The notes beneath the pieces are model-generated. The model did not search any database. It was not told the DNA's origin and was given only the letters and a program-made list of their open reading frames with translations. Positions 1-7,900 of a DNA stretch of 32,000 nt are shown one piece after another. The stretch's first letter is position 1. Each line of letters starts with the position of its first letter. Made by a program: the position numbers and the translations under genes. This stretch comes from Thermococcus camini. Lineage in GTDB: Archaea; Methanobacteriota_B; Thermococci; Thermococcales; Thermococcaceae. The stretch covers positions 406,277 to 438,276 of the forward strand of contig NZ_LR881183.1 of assembly GCF_904067545.1 (NCBI RefSeq), read 5' to 3'.

Positions 1-990
1 CTTCATTCCCTCTGGAACGACAACGGCCGTTATCGTTGGGCTCTCGTAGCCGGGCTCAGCCAGAACGCCGAGGCCCATCTCCTTGACGCCTTCCCTTATC
101 ATCTCGCTCCTCTTCCTGTACATTCCGAGCCAGGCATCTTTGCCGCCCATCTTCTCGACTATCCTGAGCACAACGTTGAGGCCGAATATCTGCGGGAGCG
201 GTGGAGTTGAGGGCGTTCCCTTCTTCTTCTCGTTGAACTTCTTGTAGAGCGGCAGGTCGAAGTACCAGCCGCGCTCCGGCATCTTCTCGGCTATCTCGAA
301 AACCCTCTCGCTGACCGCTGCAACTGCCAGCCCAGGCGGGACGCCGAAGGCCTTCTGCGAGCTGGCGAATATCATGTCGAGGCCCCATTTGTCGAACTTT
401 ATGTCCGCGCCACCCATGGCTGAGACGGCATCGACGAAGAGGAGCTTGTCGTGCTCGTGGACGACCTTCGCCAGCTCGGGGAGCGGGTTGAGGACACCGG
501 TCGAGGTCTCGTTGTAGGTTATGGTTACCGCAACGACGTCGGGATTCTTTCTGAGGGCCTCGTCGAGCTCCTCCGGCTTGATTGCGTATCCAGGCTCCTT
601 ACTCAGGATGACGGCTTCCCTGCCGTTGGCGTTGACGACGTCAGCGAAGCGCTTTCCGAAGGCACCTATGGCAGTGACCAGTACCTTTCCTCCCTTCGGC
701 ACGGTGTTTCTCACAGCAGCTTCCATGAAGCCGGTTCCGGAGCTGGGGAACATTATTATCTCGCCTTTCTCGGCTTCGAGAAAAGCCTTGAGCCTATTGA
801 GGGTATCAACGTGAACTTCCTTTGCCTCGGCCGAGCGGTGGCTGAACATCTGGACGCTCATTATCGCGAGAACCTCCGGGAAACAGGCAACCGGTCCTGC
901 CGTGAAGAGCCTGTACTTCGGCTTGACGAGCTCGTAAACCTCCCTGTAGGCTTCTTCATACTCCATGTTGAACTTAATCTCCATCAGCAT
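1..990 (-). CDS. Class V PLP-dependent aminotransferase (serine-pyruvate / alanine-glyoxylate aminotransferase family); its C-terminal end lies beyond the window start
   Basis: Own minus-strand translation from ATG at 990-988 gives MLMEIKFNMEYEEAYREVYELVKPKYRLFTAGPVACFPEVLAIMSVQMFSHRS...FASSQKAFGVPPG (SxQK PLP-lysine motif)...ESPTITAVVVPEGMK. It stays open and in frame to nt 1. GAGGTG lies directly upstream (991-996, minus) and a TATA-like CTTTTTATAT lies at 1017-1026 (minus). It is missing from the ORF track because it has no in-window stop. Track ORFs 56..388(-), 451..1053(+) and 521..814(+) are shadows of it. Confidence 0.85.
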   Translation of the reverse strand, partial: MLMEIKFNMEYEEAYREVYELVKPKYRLFTAGPVACFPEVLAIMSVQMFSHRSAEAKEVHVDTLNRLKAFLEAEKGEIIMFPSSGTGFMEAAVRNTVPKGGKVLVTAIGAFGKRFADVVNANGREAVILSKEPGYAIKPEELDEALRKNPDVVAVTITYNETSTGVLNPLPELAKVVHEHDKLLFVDAVSAMGGADIKFDKWGLDMIFASSQKAFGVPPGLAVAAVSERVFEIAEKMPERGWYFDLPLYKKFNEKKKGTPSTPPLPQIFGLNVVLRIVEKMGGKDAWLGMYRKRSEMIREGVKEMGLGVLAEPGYESPTITAVVVPEGMK

Positions 991-1148
991 CACCTCGGCG
1001 GGAGTTTGGAGGGGAGATATAAAAAGGGTTCGCTGGAGGTGTGTAGCAATTAGTTGAAGCTCCACTCATTTATTCCGTCGATGATTGAAAAATCTTCGGC
1101 ATGGCCAAGACTTTTAAAATCTTTATCTAACGTTCAGAAGGTGGTCGT

Positions 1149-2306
1149 ATGGAATCCAGACGTCTCGCCGGAATACTCCTGCTCATACTGTCAGCCTTCA
1201 CAGGCACGATAGCCTTCCGCCTTGCCACTCCGGCCATAGCGTTCTACACCCGTGATATACTCCGGGCCTCGATGCTTTCCGTTTCAATCGTCTCGATGTC
1301 GTTTGTGCTCGCGAGGGCATTTTCCTCAGTCTTTGGCGGGCTGATGCTCGAAAGGGGCAAGAGGCTCGTCTATATCGGTGCGGTAGCCATGATGGGAAAC
1401 GCCCTGGCGGTTCAGCTCTATCCCCTGACCTCAACCTGGTTCCAGGTTGCGGGAATAAAGCTCCTCAACGGCTTTCTAAACGGCCTCAGCTGGCCGATGG
1501 CGCAGTTCGTCATAGCCATAGCGACCCCGAAGGAGATAAGGGCGAGGGTTACCGCGGTCTACTTCTTCTTCGGCAGCATCGCTTCCCTCCTCGGAAACTA
1601 CGTCTACGCATACACCATAGACCTTGGACTTGCCAAGCAGATGTGGATTTCCTCCGCGTTCTTTGTCCTGACGGGCCTGATAATGGTGGCCAGCTATGCT
1701 CTCCTCTACGAGAGAATAACGCCCAAGAGGAAGAAAACCCCCGACGGTGAAAAGCCGAGCCTCGAACCCAAGAGGGTTCTAATCATCGCCTCGTTGATGG
1801 CAATCATAGTGGCCTTTACCTCGGGAGAGATAACCTACGTCTACGTCTCCGAAGCGTTGGGGATGGAGAAGGCAAGAACCGCCACGCTCATCGGCTGGGC
1901 GGGGTTTCTCGCCGCGATGCTCAGCTACTTCGCTTCTTGGCTTGCCGACGTGAGGAGCGAGAGGCGGATGGTTCTGCTCACGTCTCTAATGGCCGCGCTC
2001 TCACCGCTCCTCGCCGCTGTAAAGACAGCCCCGACGGTTTTCCTGGGGATATTCCTCGCCCTCTTCGCTTTCCAGAGCTTCCGCCCGATTTCCAGAAAGG
2101 TTCTCGCTTCATACCACCGCTCCTCCCTTGCCATCGGGGGCGTTAATGGCGTTCAGAACCTCTCGACTTTCCTGGGAGGAATGCTCTTCGGCTTTGCGTA
2201 CTCGCTGGGCGAGCTTCATGGGGTTGTAACACTGAACCTGGCTTTGCTCGCCTTTCTGCCGTTTTCAATTGGGTTAGTTGTGGAGGGATTGTCTATGGTA
2301 GATTAA
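1149..2306 (+). CDS. Major facilitator superfamily (MFS) transporter
   Basis: 385-aa ORF that is hydrophobic throughout, with about 12 predicted TM segments in two halves joined by a charged loop (ERITPKRKKTPDGEKPS). It has an MFS motif-A-like GGLMLERGKRLV after TM2. AGGTGG SD lies 6 nt upstream and TTTTAAAA at 1113-1120. Confidence 0.8.
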   Translation: MESRRLAGILLLILSAFTGTIAFRLATPAIAFYTRDILRASMLSVSIVSMSFVLARAFSSVFGGLMLERGKRLVYIGAVAMMGNALAVQLYPLTSTWFQVAGIKLLNGFLNGLSWPMAQFVIAIATPKEIRARVTAVYFFFGSIASLLGNYVYAYTIDLGLAKQMWISSAFFVLTGLIMVASYALLYERITPKRKKTPDGEKPSLEPKRVLIIASLMAIIVAFTSGEITYVYVSEALGMEKARTATLIGWAGFLAAMLSYFASWLADVRSERRMVLLTSLMAALSPLLAAVKTAPTVFLGIFLALFAFQSFRPISRKVLASYHRSSLAIGGVNGVQNLSTFLGGMLFGFAYSLGELHGVVTLNLALLAFLPFSIGLVVEGLSMVD

Positions 2307-2396
2307 CATTAGAACGTTCTGCTTTAATTTCTAAAATTACTTGAAAAAAGAAAAACTTAAAAACGTCGACGACGTAATATATGGTGAGGCGGATCT

Positions 2397-2480
2397 ATGA
2401 AAAAGCCGAGAATAATGCTTGGAATGCTTTTGATAATATTATTGATGGGTAGTGTGGCTGGGGCCTATCGGTTTTTTTAA
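2397..2480 (+). other. 27-codon signal-peptide/anchor ORF fragment (MKKPRIMLGMLLIILLMGSVAGAYRFF*), out of frame with the downstream 463-codon ORF because of a T7 run
   Basis: ATG 2397 is preceded by GGTGAGG (2383-2389). The peptide has a basic n-region plus a hydrophobic core, typical of a signal peptide. It stops at TAA 2478-2480 inside the run gTTTTTTTaa (T7 = 2472-2478). Removing one T reads ...AYRFFNKPEKGLLIEL..., straight into ORF 2452..3843. Confidence 0.6.
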
Positions 2481-3843
2481 CAAGCCAGAAAAGGGTCTAC
2501 TAATTGAACTCCCAAATCCAGACCGGACAATGGGCAGGAGCGCGCTTGCCAGCTGGCTGGCCCCTAAGTACCGGTACTACGTCCAGGTCCAGGTAATGAC
2601 ACGGGAAGGTTTCAGAACCGTTTACCTGGGAAGTTCTCCGGGAAAAGTGCTCATTCCCAGTTCAAATCTCTCCGAAATCAAACGCTCCTGGAAAGACGTG
2701 AATCCAGCGGTTCTCATTGACGTATGGATTGTTGAACCCGAAACCGGGAAAACGTACGAGGTCGGGACGTTTAGCATAAGGCTTACTGAGAACTCGATCG
2801 AGGGCCTTCAGAGGTTCACTCCCAAATTCTCAAAGGGTGACCTCCACGATTTTTCGGTGGGTGGATTAGAGAGAACCTCCCCAATTACGCCCACTAGAGG
2901 ATTTTTTGCAGGTTATCGCTGGAGAACGAAGAGAGAATACCTTCGGGAGGACGACTATCCTGGTGGCATGTATCTTCCGGTTCTTATACTTGACAACGGG
3001 GAGGGACACGCCACAGTTCTTGGAGCTTACAAGGTTGAGGTCAGGGAGAGCTCATCCACTTCTTCTGGGCTTTCCATCGGTTTCTCGACCACGATAATCA
3101 GAGGGGCCCAACTGAGTAGTAAGGGCAAGTTCAGTATCAAAAGGGGTTTGGAGAACGGGGAGATACGGATTGAACTGAAAAAGGGCAATGAGTTTGTTAG
3201 GTCTATCATTGATGGTGAAGTAAAGAACGTCAAACCCGGCGATGTGGGAGTTATGGCTATAAAAGGAGAGCCATACATCGCCCTTCAGGTTCTCCAGAAG
3301 TGCTACGTTGATGAGTTTAGAAAGATGCACTGTTTTGACACAGACCAAGAGAGGGTGCTTATAACGGTTTCGGATGTTGAACGAACTTATGACTCCCGCA
3401 AAAAAGCCTACCTCATTAAAACTTTCTCCTTCGTGAACCCTCCAAGGAGCGTGTATCCTGCGGATAGCTTTGAGAGACTTGTCGATGACAACGCGAAGAT
3501 GGAGACACTAACAACACTCTACGGGGAAAAGCAGAACGGGAGATCTTCTCACATGGAGATTTTCCTGGACGAGTACGATACCTACTCAAACTCATACATC
3601 CCACTGCTCGCGGTGACCGTTGCCCTCCAGCCTGAGGCATGGCCGGCATTTTTGATAGGCTTAAGTGCAGTTGGGGGGATTTACATAACGAACGAGGGGC
3701 ATGAAAGGGCATTTGGGGCCTTTACGATTATGGATCAATCGGACTACACCAAGACCACCGTTAAGTACGCGAGTCTTGAGTATTCGGTGAAAGATTCCAA
3801 CCATCACACAAGGTTTCCCTTTGCATATCTGCGGTTTGAGTAG
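2452..3843 (+). CDS. Hypothetical protein (probable secreted or membrane-anchored protein; N-terminus likely supplied by the 2397 ORF fragment)
   Basis: 463-codon ORF from the track with no family I can recognise. It has Ser/Thr-rich stretches and a hydrophobic segment near the C-terminus (IPLLAVTVALQPEAWPAFLIGLSAVGGIYI). It is A/T-richer than the flanking genes. The track start (GTG 2452) has no SD of its own. Confidence 0.6.
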   Translation: MWLGPIGFFNKPEKGLLIELPNPDRTMGRSALASWLAPKYRYYVQVQVMTREGFRTVYLGSSPGKVLIPSSNLSEIKRSWKDVNPAVLIDVWIVEPETGKTYEVGTFSIRLTENSIEGLQRFTPKFSKGDLHDFSVGGLERTSPITPTRGFFAGYRWRTKREYLREDDYPGGMYLPVLILDNGEGHATVLGAYKVEVRESSSTSSGLSIGFSTTIIRGAQLSSKGKFSIKRGLENGEIRIELKKGNEFVRSIIDGEVKNVKPGDVGVMAIKGEPYIALQVLQKCYVDEFRKMHCFDTDQERVLITVSDVERTYDSRKKAYLIKTFSFVNPPRSVYPADSFERLVDDNAKMETLTTLYGEKQNGRSSHMEIFLDEYDTYSNSYIPLLAVTVALQPEAWPAFLIGLSAVGGIYITNEGHERAFGAFTIMDQSDYTKTTVKYASLEYSVKDSNHHTRFPFAYLRFE

Positions 3844-3910
3844 TACTTCTCTCTTTTTAACTTATTTTCTAGATAGTTCCAGCTCCCTTCACTACCCACC
3901 TTGGCACTCC

Positions 3911-3925
3911 AAAACTTTTATAAAA
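3911..3925 (+). promoter_or_regulatory. BRE/TATA promoter (AAAAC-TTTTATAAAA) upstream of the rpl10e leader
   Basis: Perfectly palindromic TATA box TTTTATAAAA at 3916-3925 with a purine-rich AAAAC just upstream. Applying the usual archaeal spacing of about 25 nt places the start site near 3947-3950. Confidence 0.5.
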
Positions 3926-3944
3926 GCGAGGGCAAGCTAAGTTT

Positions 3945-4095
3945 AGGCTTAGCTGTCATTGAGATTACTTCAGATGCCGATAACCCCTGAAGGGGTAACG
4001 GCCGAAGACCCGGCCCTCGGGCTGATGTCCGAAACCGGCGACGGGAGTAGGAAAAGCCCGTAAACCGATGCACTCGGAGGTCAGGCTCATTTGGA
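3945..4095 (+). ncRNA. GC-rich structured ~150-nt 5' leader of rpl10e, or an independent small RNA (unclassified)
   Basis: It lies between the predicted start site (~3948) and the rpl10e SD (GGAGGTGA 4092-4099). It has no coding potential on the + strand. Local hairpins include ccg-a-ta-a-cccc/UGAA/ggggtaacgg (3978-4002), acggg/11-nt loop/cccgt (4041-4061) and agctaag/tttagg/cttagct (3935-3954). No C/D or H/ACA boxes were found. Confidence 0.3.
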
Positions 4096-4104
4096 GGTGA
4101 GAGT

Positions 4105-4653
4105 ATGGGACTGAGACCAGCCAAGATTGATAGGGACGTTGACAAGCCCGCTTACACGAGGAGGAAGTACATCCGCGGTGCGCCCGGTCCGAGAATAACG
4201 ATCTTTGATATGGGCAACCTCTCAGCCGAGTTCGAGTACGAGGTCAGCCTTCACGCGGAGCAGGCCATGCAGATAAGGCAGAACGCCCTCGAGGCCATCC
4301 GTATCCAGGTGAACAGGTACCTCCAGAAGAACGTCGGAAGGAGCAACTACCACTTCAAGATAAGGGTTTACCCGTTCCAGGTTCTCAGGGAAAACCCGAT
4401 GGCAACCGGAAGGAAGGCCGACCGTTACGGAAATGGTATGAGGAGGCCCTTTGGAAAGCCGATTGGTTTAGCTGCCCGCGTCAAGAAGGACCAGAAGATC
4501 ATCACTGTCTGGGTGAATGAGAACCACCTCAAGTTCGCCCTTGGAGCGATGCACAGGGCCAAGATGAAGCTGCCCTACAGCGCCTACTACAGGATCTACG
4601 ACAAGGAAGGCAACGACATCACCAGCAAGGTTCTCTCGACCATGAAGCGCTGA
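4105..4653 (+). CDS. rpl10e: 50S ribosomal protein L10e (uL16)
   Basis: [38 protein letters not shown]... is the typical archaeal L10e/uL16 N-terminus. GGAGGTGA SD lies 5 nt upstream. T-rich tracts follow the stop. Confidence 0.95.
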   Translation: MGLRPAKIDRDVDKPAYTRRKYIRGAPGPRITIFDMGNLSAEFEYEVSLHAEQAMQIRQNALEAIRIQVNRYLQKNVGRSNYHFKIRVYPFQVLRENPMATGRKADRYGNGMRRPFGKPIGLAARVKKDQKIITVWVNENHLKFALGAMHRAKMKLPYSAYYRIYDKEGNDITSKVLSTMKR

Positions 4654-4714
4654 AGCGCACCTTCTTCTTTGTTCTATTTTCGCGCGTTAGTACTTCCATA
4701 TGTTACCGCGCGGA

Positions 4715-4729
4715 GAAAACTTTTAAATA
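4715..4729 (+). promoter_or_regulatory. BRE/TATA promoter (GAAAAC-TTTTAAATA) for the 4761 membrane-protein gene
   Basis: The motif sits ~32 nt upstream of ATG 4761, with GGGGAGGGGG between them. Confidence 0.45.
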
Positions 4730-4760
4730 CTATTGCTGGAAGTTACTTCTGGGGAGGGGG

Positions 4761-5213
4761 ATGTTTAAGGAACATAGACAGGGGCACGTTTTCATTCCCG
4801 GTTTCATCCTTGCTACGATGCTTCTGTTGGTTCTCATGGTTGGTGGTTTTGACTATCTGGCCCAGCGTTATCCTGGGCTCATCGATATGCTCCCGGGCAT
4901 CACGGTGGAGTCTGACCCTACGTCTGGTGGACACATCTTCCTTGAATCATGGGGAAGGCTGTTTTATCCAATCCTTGTCGTGGCACTGCTCACTACAATC
5001 TTTCTGAAAAAGACGGGGCTTCCGGAGGATTCTTTTGTGATATCGAGCTTGGTCATTCCTCTCGTTGTTATTCTAACGGCACTTGCTGTTGTTGCTGTTT
5101 TTGGTGGCAATTGCGAATACGAGTTCGGGTTCTTTGCTATTTACCTGCTCTTTGTGCTTCCCTATCTTCTTGGGGCCTTAGGACACTACCTGCTCTCACG
5201 TCTGGTATGGTAG
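4761..5213 (+). CDS. Hypothetical integral membrane protein (about 4 TM segments)
   Basis: This 150-aa frame is the one supported by the upstream TATA and G-rich SD. It contains four clear hydrophobic helices (FIPGFILATMLLLVLMVGGF, FYPILVVALLTTIFL, VISSLVIPLVVILTALAVVAVFG, FGFFAIYLLFVLPYLLGALGHYLL). The competing track ORFs 4669..5007 and 4949..5242 lack start context. Confidence 0.6.
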   Translation: MFKEHRQGHVFIPGFILATMLLLVLMVGGFDYLAQRYPGLIDMLPGITVESDPTSGGHIFLESWGRLFYPILVVALLTTIFLKKTGLPEDSFVISSLVIPLVVILTALAVVAVFGGNCEYEFGFFAIYLLFVLPYLLGALGHYLLSRLVW

Positions 5214-5269
5214 CCTTTCTTATAATTCATAATGATTATTAACGATGCCACCCAACTTAGACTGGTGGG

Positions 5270-6415
5270 ATGATGGTAAGCTCAGGCTTTAGGGCAACCC
5301 TCCTCAAGCTCGGTCTGCCAGAGGACAGGCTGGCGGTTCTTGAGGGCAAGGGTGGAGTTGTGGAGGGGGAATTCAAGGGCATAAGATACGTCCGCTTTCG
5401 GGATTCCGCCAAAGGGTTCCGGCGCGGAACGGTTGTATTTGAGAACGGCGATGTTGTTCTGGGCTTCCCCCACATAAAGCGTATCGTCCAGCTGGAGAAG
5501 GGGGTAAAAAGGATCTTCAAAAACAGACCCTTCTACGTTGAGGAGAAGGTGGACGGCTACAACGTCCGCGTCGTGAAGGTGATGGACAGGGTTCTCGCTC
5601 TAACGAGGGGCGGCTTTATCTGTCCCTTCACGACGGAGAGGATACTGGACTTCATCAACGATGAGTTCTTCAAAGATTACCCCAACCTTGTCCTGGCCGG
5701 TGAGATGGCCGGGCCCGAAAGCCCGTACATCGTCGAGGGGCCGCCCTACGTGAAGGAGGACATAGAGTTCTTCCTCTTTGACATCCAGGAGAAGGGAACG
5801 GGAAGGAGCCTTCCTGTGGAGGAGAGGCTTAAGCTTGCCGAGGAGTACGGCATTCGTCACGTTGAAACTTTTGGCCTCTACGACCGCTCGAAGATTGAGG
5901 AGTTGCATGAGTTAATCGAAAGGCTGGGCAGGGAGAGGAGAGAGGGCATCGTTATGAAAACGCCCGATATGAAGAAAATCGCGAAGTATGTAACGCCGTA
6001 CGCCAACATCAACGACGTCAGGATAGGCTCGCACATATTCTTCGACCTGCCCCACGGCTACTTCATGGGGAGAATTAAGCGCCTCGCTTTCTACCTGGCC
6101 GAAAAGCACATCAAAGGCGAGGAGTTCGATGAGTACGCGAAGGCCCTCGGAAAGGCCCTCCTCCGGCCGTTCGTTGAGAGCATCCACGAGGTCGCCAACG
6201 GCGGCGAGGTCGAGGAGGTCTTTACGGTGAGGGTGAAGAGCATAAGCACCGCCCATAAAATGGTGACTCACTTCGAGAGGCTCGGTGTGAAGATCCACAT
6301 CGAGGACATAGAGGATCTGGGCAACGGCTACTGGAGGATAACATTCAAGAGGGTCTATCCCGATGCAACGCGCGAGATGAGGGAGCTGTGGAACGGCAGG
6401 GCGTTTGTGGATTGA
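5270..6415 (+). CDS. ATP-dependent RNA ligase, Pab1020/Rnl3 family (archaeal RNA-circularising ligase)
   Basis: Collinear along its length with my memory of Pyrococcus abyssi Pab1020 (MVSS.F...LGL.E.R...LE.KGG.VE.EF.G.RY.R..DSA...RRGTVVF). Nucleotidyltransferase motif I is EEKVDGYNVR (Lys codon 5546-5548). The C-terminus is ...ELWNGRAFVD. The start is probably the second ATG (5273). Confidence 0.9.
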   Translation: MMVSSGFRATLLKLGLPEDRLAVLEGKGGVVEGEFKGIRYVRFRDSAKGFRRGTVVFENGDVVLGFPHIKRIVQLEKGVKRIFKNRPFYVEEKVDGYNVRVVKVMDRVLALTRGGFICPFTTERILDFINDEFFKDYPNLVLAGEMAGPESPYIVEGPPYVKEDIEFFLFDIQEKGTGRSLPVEERLKLAEEYGIRHVETFGLYDRSKIEELHELIERLGRERREGIVMKTPDMKKIAKYVTPYANINDVRIGSHIFFDLPHGYFMGRIKRLAFYLAEKHIKGEEFDEYAKALGKALLRPFVESIHEVANGGEVEEVFTVRVKSISTAHKMVTHFERLGVKIHIEDIEDLGNGYWRITFKRVYPDATREMRELWNGRAFVD

Positions 6416-6802
6416 AGCGGCAGATTTCATGAAAATTATTCTACCAATTTGGATGGATAAGTAAAATCGGGGGACTTTAACTTGCGCCCCCACAAGTTAC
6501 TTGCACCCCTGCAAGTTAAGAGGCTTTCCCCAACCTTTGCGAAAGCAAAGGTTGATCAAAAAGTCTTCGCCGTTAAAAGGGTATGGAAATGTTTGCATGC
6601 TATTTTAATGATGTGTGTTTTAATGGGTTTGTATCAAATTTCATCGATTTTGGGCGTGTTTTGCTCCAACTCAGCGCCCGAAGGGCGCCAAAAATGAAAA
6701 ACATGAGTAAGAACTGTCAAGATTAAGAATAAACCCGTGTAAAAATTAGGCTCATTTAAATGGCATGCCGTTTTCGATGAAACATTCCCCAGAAAAGTTT
6801 CT

Positions 6803-7139
6803 TAACGTGGGGCAAAGCCCACTTTGGGGGTTTGAGACTGCAGGGAACTTTGCCTGCGCAAAGTTTCATCAAAGTTTGTGATTCCCGTTGGGGCTCTTCT
6901 ACAAAGGGATTTCACTTCCAAACTTGCCCGTAAAAGGTTGAATTCTCTAAGATAAAACTTTTCCCACGTGGGTTCTACTTGAACCGCGCTCCAAAGGGGT
7001 GCAAAAACGCTTGAACCTTCCTGGAACGCATCCTTAGAATGAATTCATTCTGCCCAAAAAGAAGTCCTCAAAGAAATCCACTCCAGAACACGCTTTTCAA
7101 GAGGAATCACAACCTTGATCAAACGTCGCGCAGGCGAAC
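6803..7139 (+). repeat. Repeat unit A (~335 nt, diverged copy)
   Basis: Aligns end to end with unit B. Shared blocks are gtggggc.aagccc.actt.gggggtttgaga, caaagtttgtgatt, gggttctactt.aaccgcgctcc, aaaaacgcttgaacc, tcctt.gaatgaat.c and gaatcac.aaccttgatcaaac.tcgcg. Confidence 0.8.
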
Positions 7140-7432
7140 AAGCTTTTAAAAAAGCTTGACCAAAAAGCCTTAACTGCCTAGAAGCGAGGAGTTAGAAGTT
7201 GGTAGCTCTTCTTGAGGTCATGCTCTGAATACAGGGGGTTTCAAGTCAGGTGCCAATGTTTCAAGTGAGAACCAGTTTTGGGTTCCTTTGATGAGGGTTT
7301 AACTTGAAAAAGACGCCCGCAGGGCATCAAAAAGGCAAACCTAACCCAAGAGTGAATTTTAGGCAAGTTCTTTATGTTGAACGCTCCAGTAATGATAAAC
7401 CCCTTGAAAATCGGCACGTCCAAATGGGGCTA

Positions 7433-7500
7433 CAAATTTTGATGAAACTTTGCGCAAGCAAAGTTTCTGGGGGGTGTGGGGGCGTTAGCCCCCCAGTAGT
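7433..7500 (-). repeat. Partial inverted copy of the 5' module of the repeat unit
   Basis: The reverse complement reads ggggggc-taac-gccccc-acaccccccagaaactttgcttgcgcaaagtttcatcaaaatttg. This matches unit A 6845-6879 (ggaactttgcctgcgcaaagtttcatcaaagtttg) nearly base for base. Confidence 0.65.
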
Positions 7501-7513
7501 TTAGAGGAAAAGC

Positions 7514-7850
7514 GGGGTTGTGGGGCGAAGCCCCACTTCGGGGGTTTGAGAGTACAGAGCAAGCTTTAAGAAAGCTTGACCAAAAGTTTGTGATTTTTTG
7601 AGGTAGTGCCCTTAAAGAGGGATTCATTTCAAAATCAGCCATTAGGAAGTTGGATCCCTCGAACAGATTTTTTCACATGGGTTCTACTTCAACCGCGCTC
7701 CTTCGGAGCGCTAAAAACGCTTGAACCCTTCTGAAAAGTTTCCTTGGAATGAATCCAACACTCACAAGCAAATTCCAGAGAATCCACTTAGGAACACTCA
7801 TTACAGACAGAATCACCAACCTTGATCAAACTTCGCGAAGGCGAAGTTTG
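7514..7850 (+). repeat. Repeat unit B (~335 nt); its first 46 nt are repeated exactly, inverted, at 29735-29780
   Basis: See unit A. It starts with ggggttGTGGGGCgaaGCCCCACttcgggggtttgagagtacagag (7514-7559) and ends with the 10-bp hairpin caaacttcgc-GAAG-gcgaagtttg (7827-7850). Confidence 0.8.
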
Positions 7851-7900
7851 CTTTGCAAAAAATTTGTACACCTCCCAACCCAAAAAAGGGTGGAACGGTT

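Noticed and set aside
56-1053. Track ORFs 56..388(-), 451..1053(+) and 521..814(+) at the left edge.
   Set aside because: All overlap the real aminotransferase gene (minus strand, 1..990) in other frames or on the other strand. Their translations have no family resemblance, whereas the 1..990 frame gives a clean class V aminotransferase sequence.
3918-4145. 75-aa minus-strand ORF covering the rpl10e leader, and the idea that the leader is an H/ACA or C/D guide RNA or a fragment of RNase P or SRP RNA.
   Set aside because: The ORF has no start context and runs antisense into rpl10e. The ~150-nt segment has no ACA box and no RUGAUGA/CUGA pair. It is far too short for RNase P (~330 nt) or SRP RNA (~300 nt). 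It is kept only as an unclassified structured leader or sRNA.
4669-5242. Alternative frames 4669..5007 and 4949..5242 overlapping the 4761..5213 membrane-protein ORF.
   Set aside because: Only the 4761 frame has an upstream BRE/TATA and a G-rich SD and gives regular TM helices. The others are Cys/Trp/Ser-rich and lack start signals.
5912-6493. 193-aa minus-strand ORF, plus 5257..5520(-) and 5600..5908(-).
   Set aside because: They are antisense to the well-supported RNA ligase gene, with no family resemblance.
7285-7470. C/D-box sRNA candidates suggested by TGATGA motifs at 7289-7294 and 7439-7444 (and a minus-strand TGATGA at about 6866-6872).
   Set aside because: No correctly spaced CTGA D/D' boxes or terminal stem accompany them, so the C/D architecture is not satisfied.
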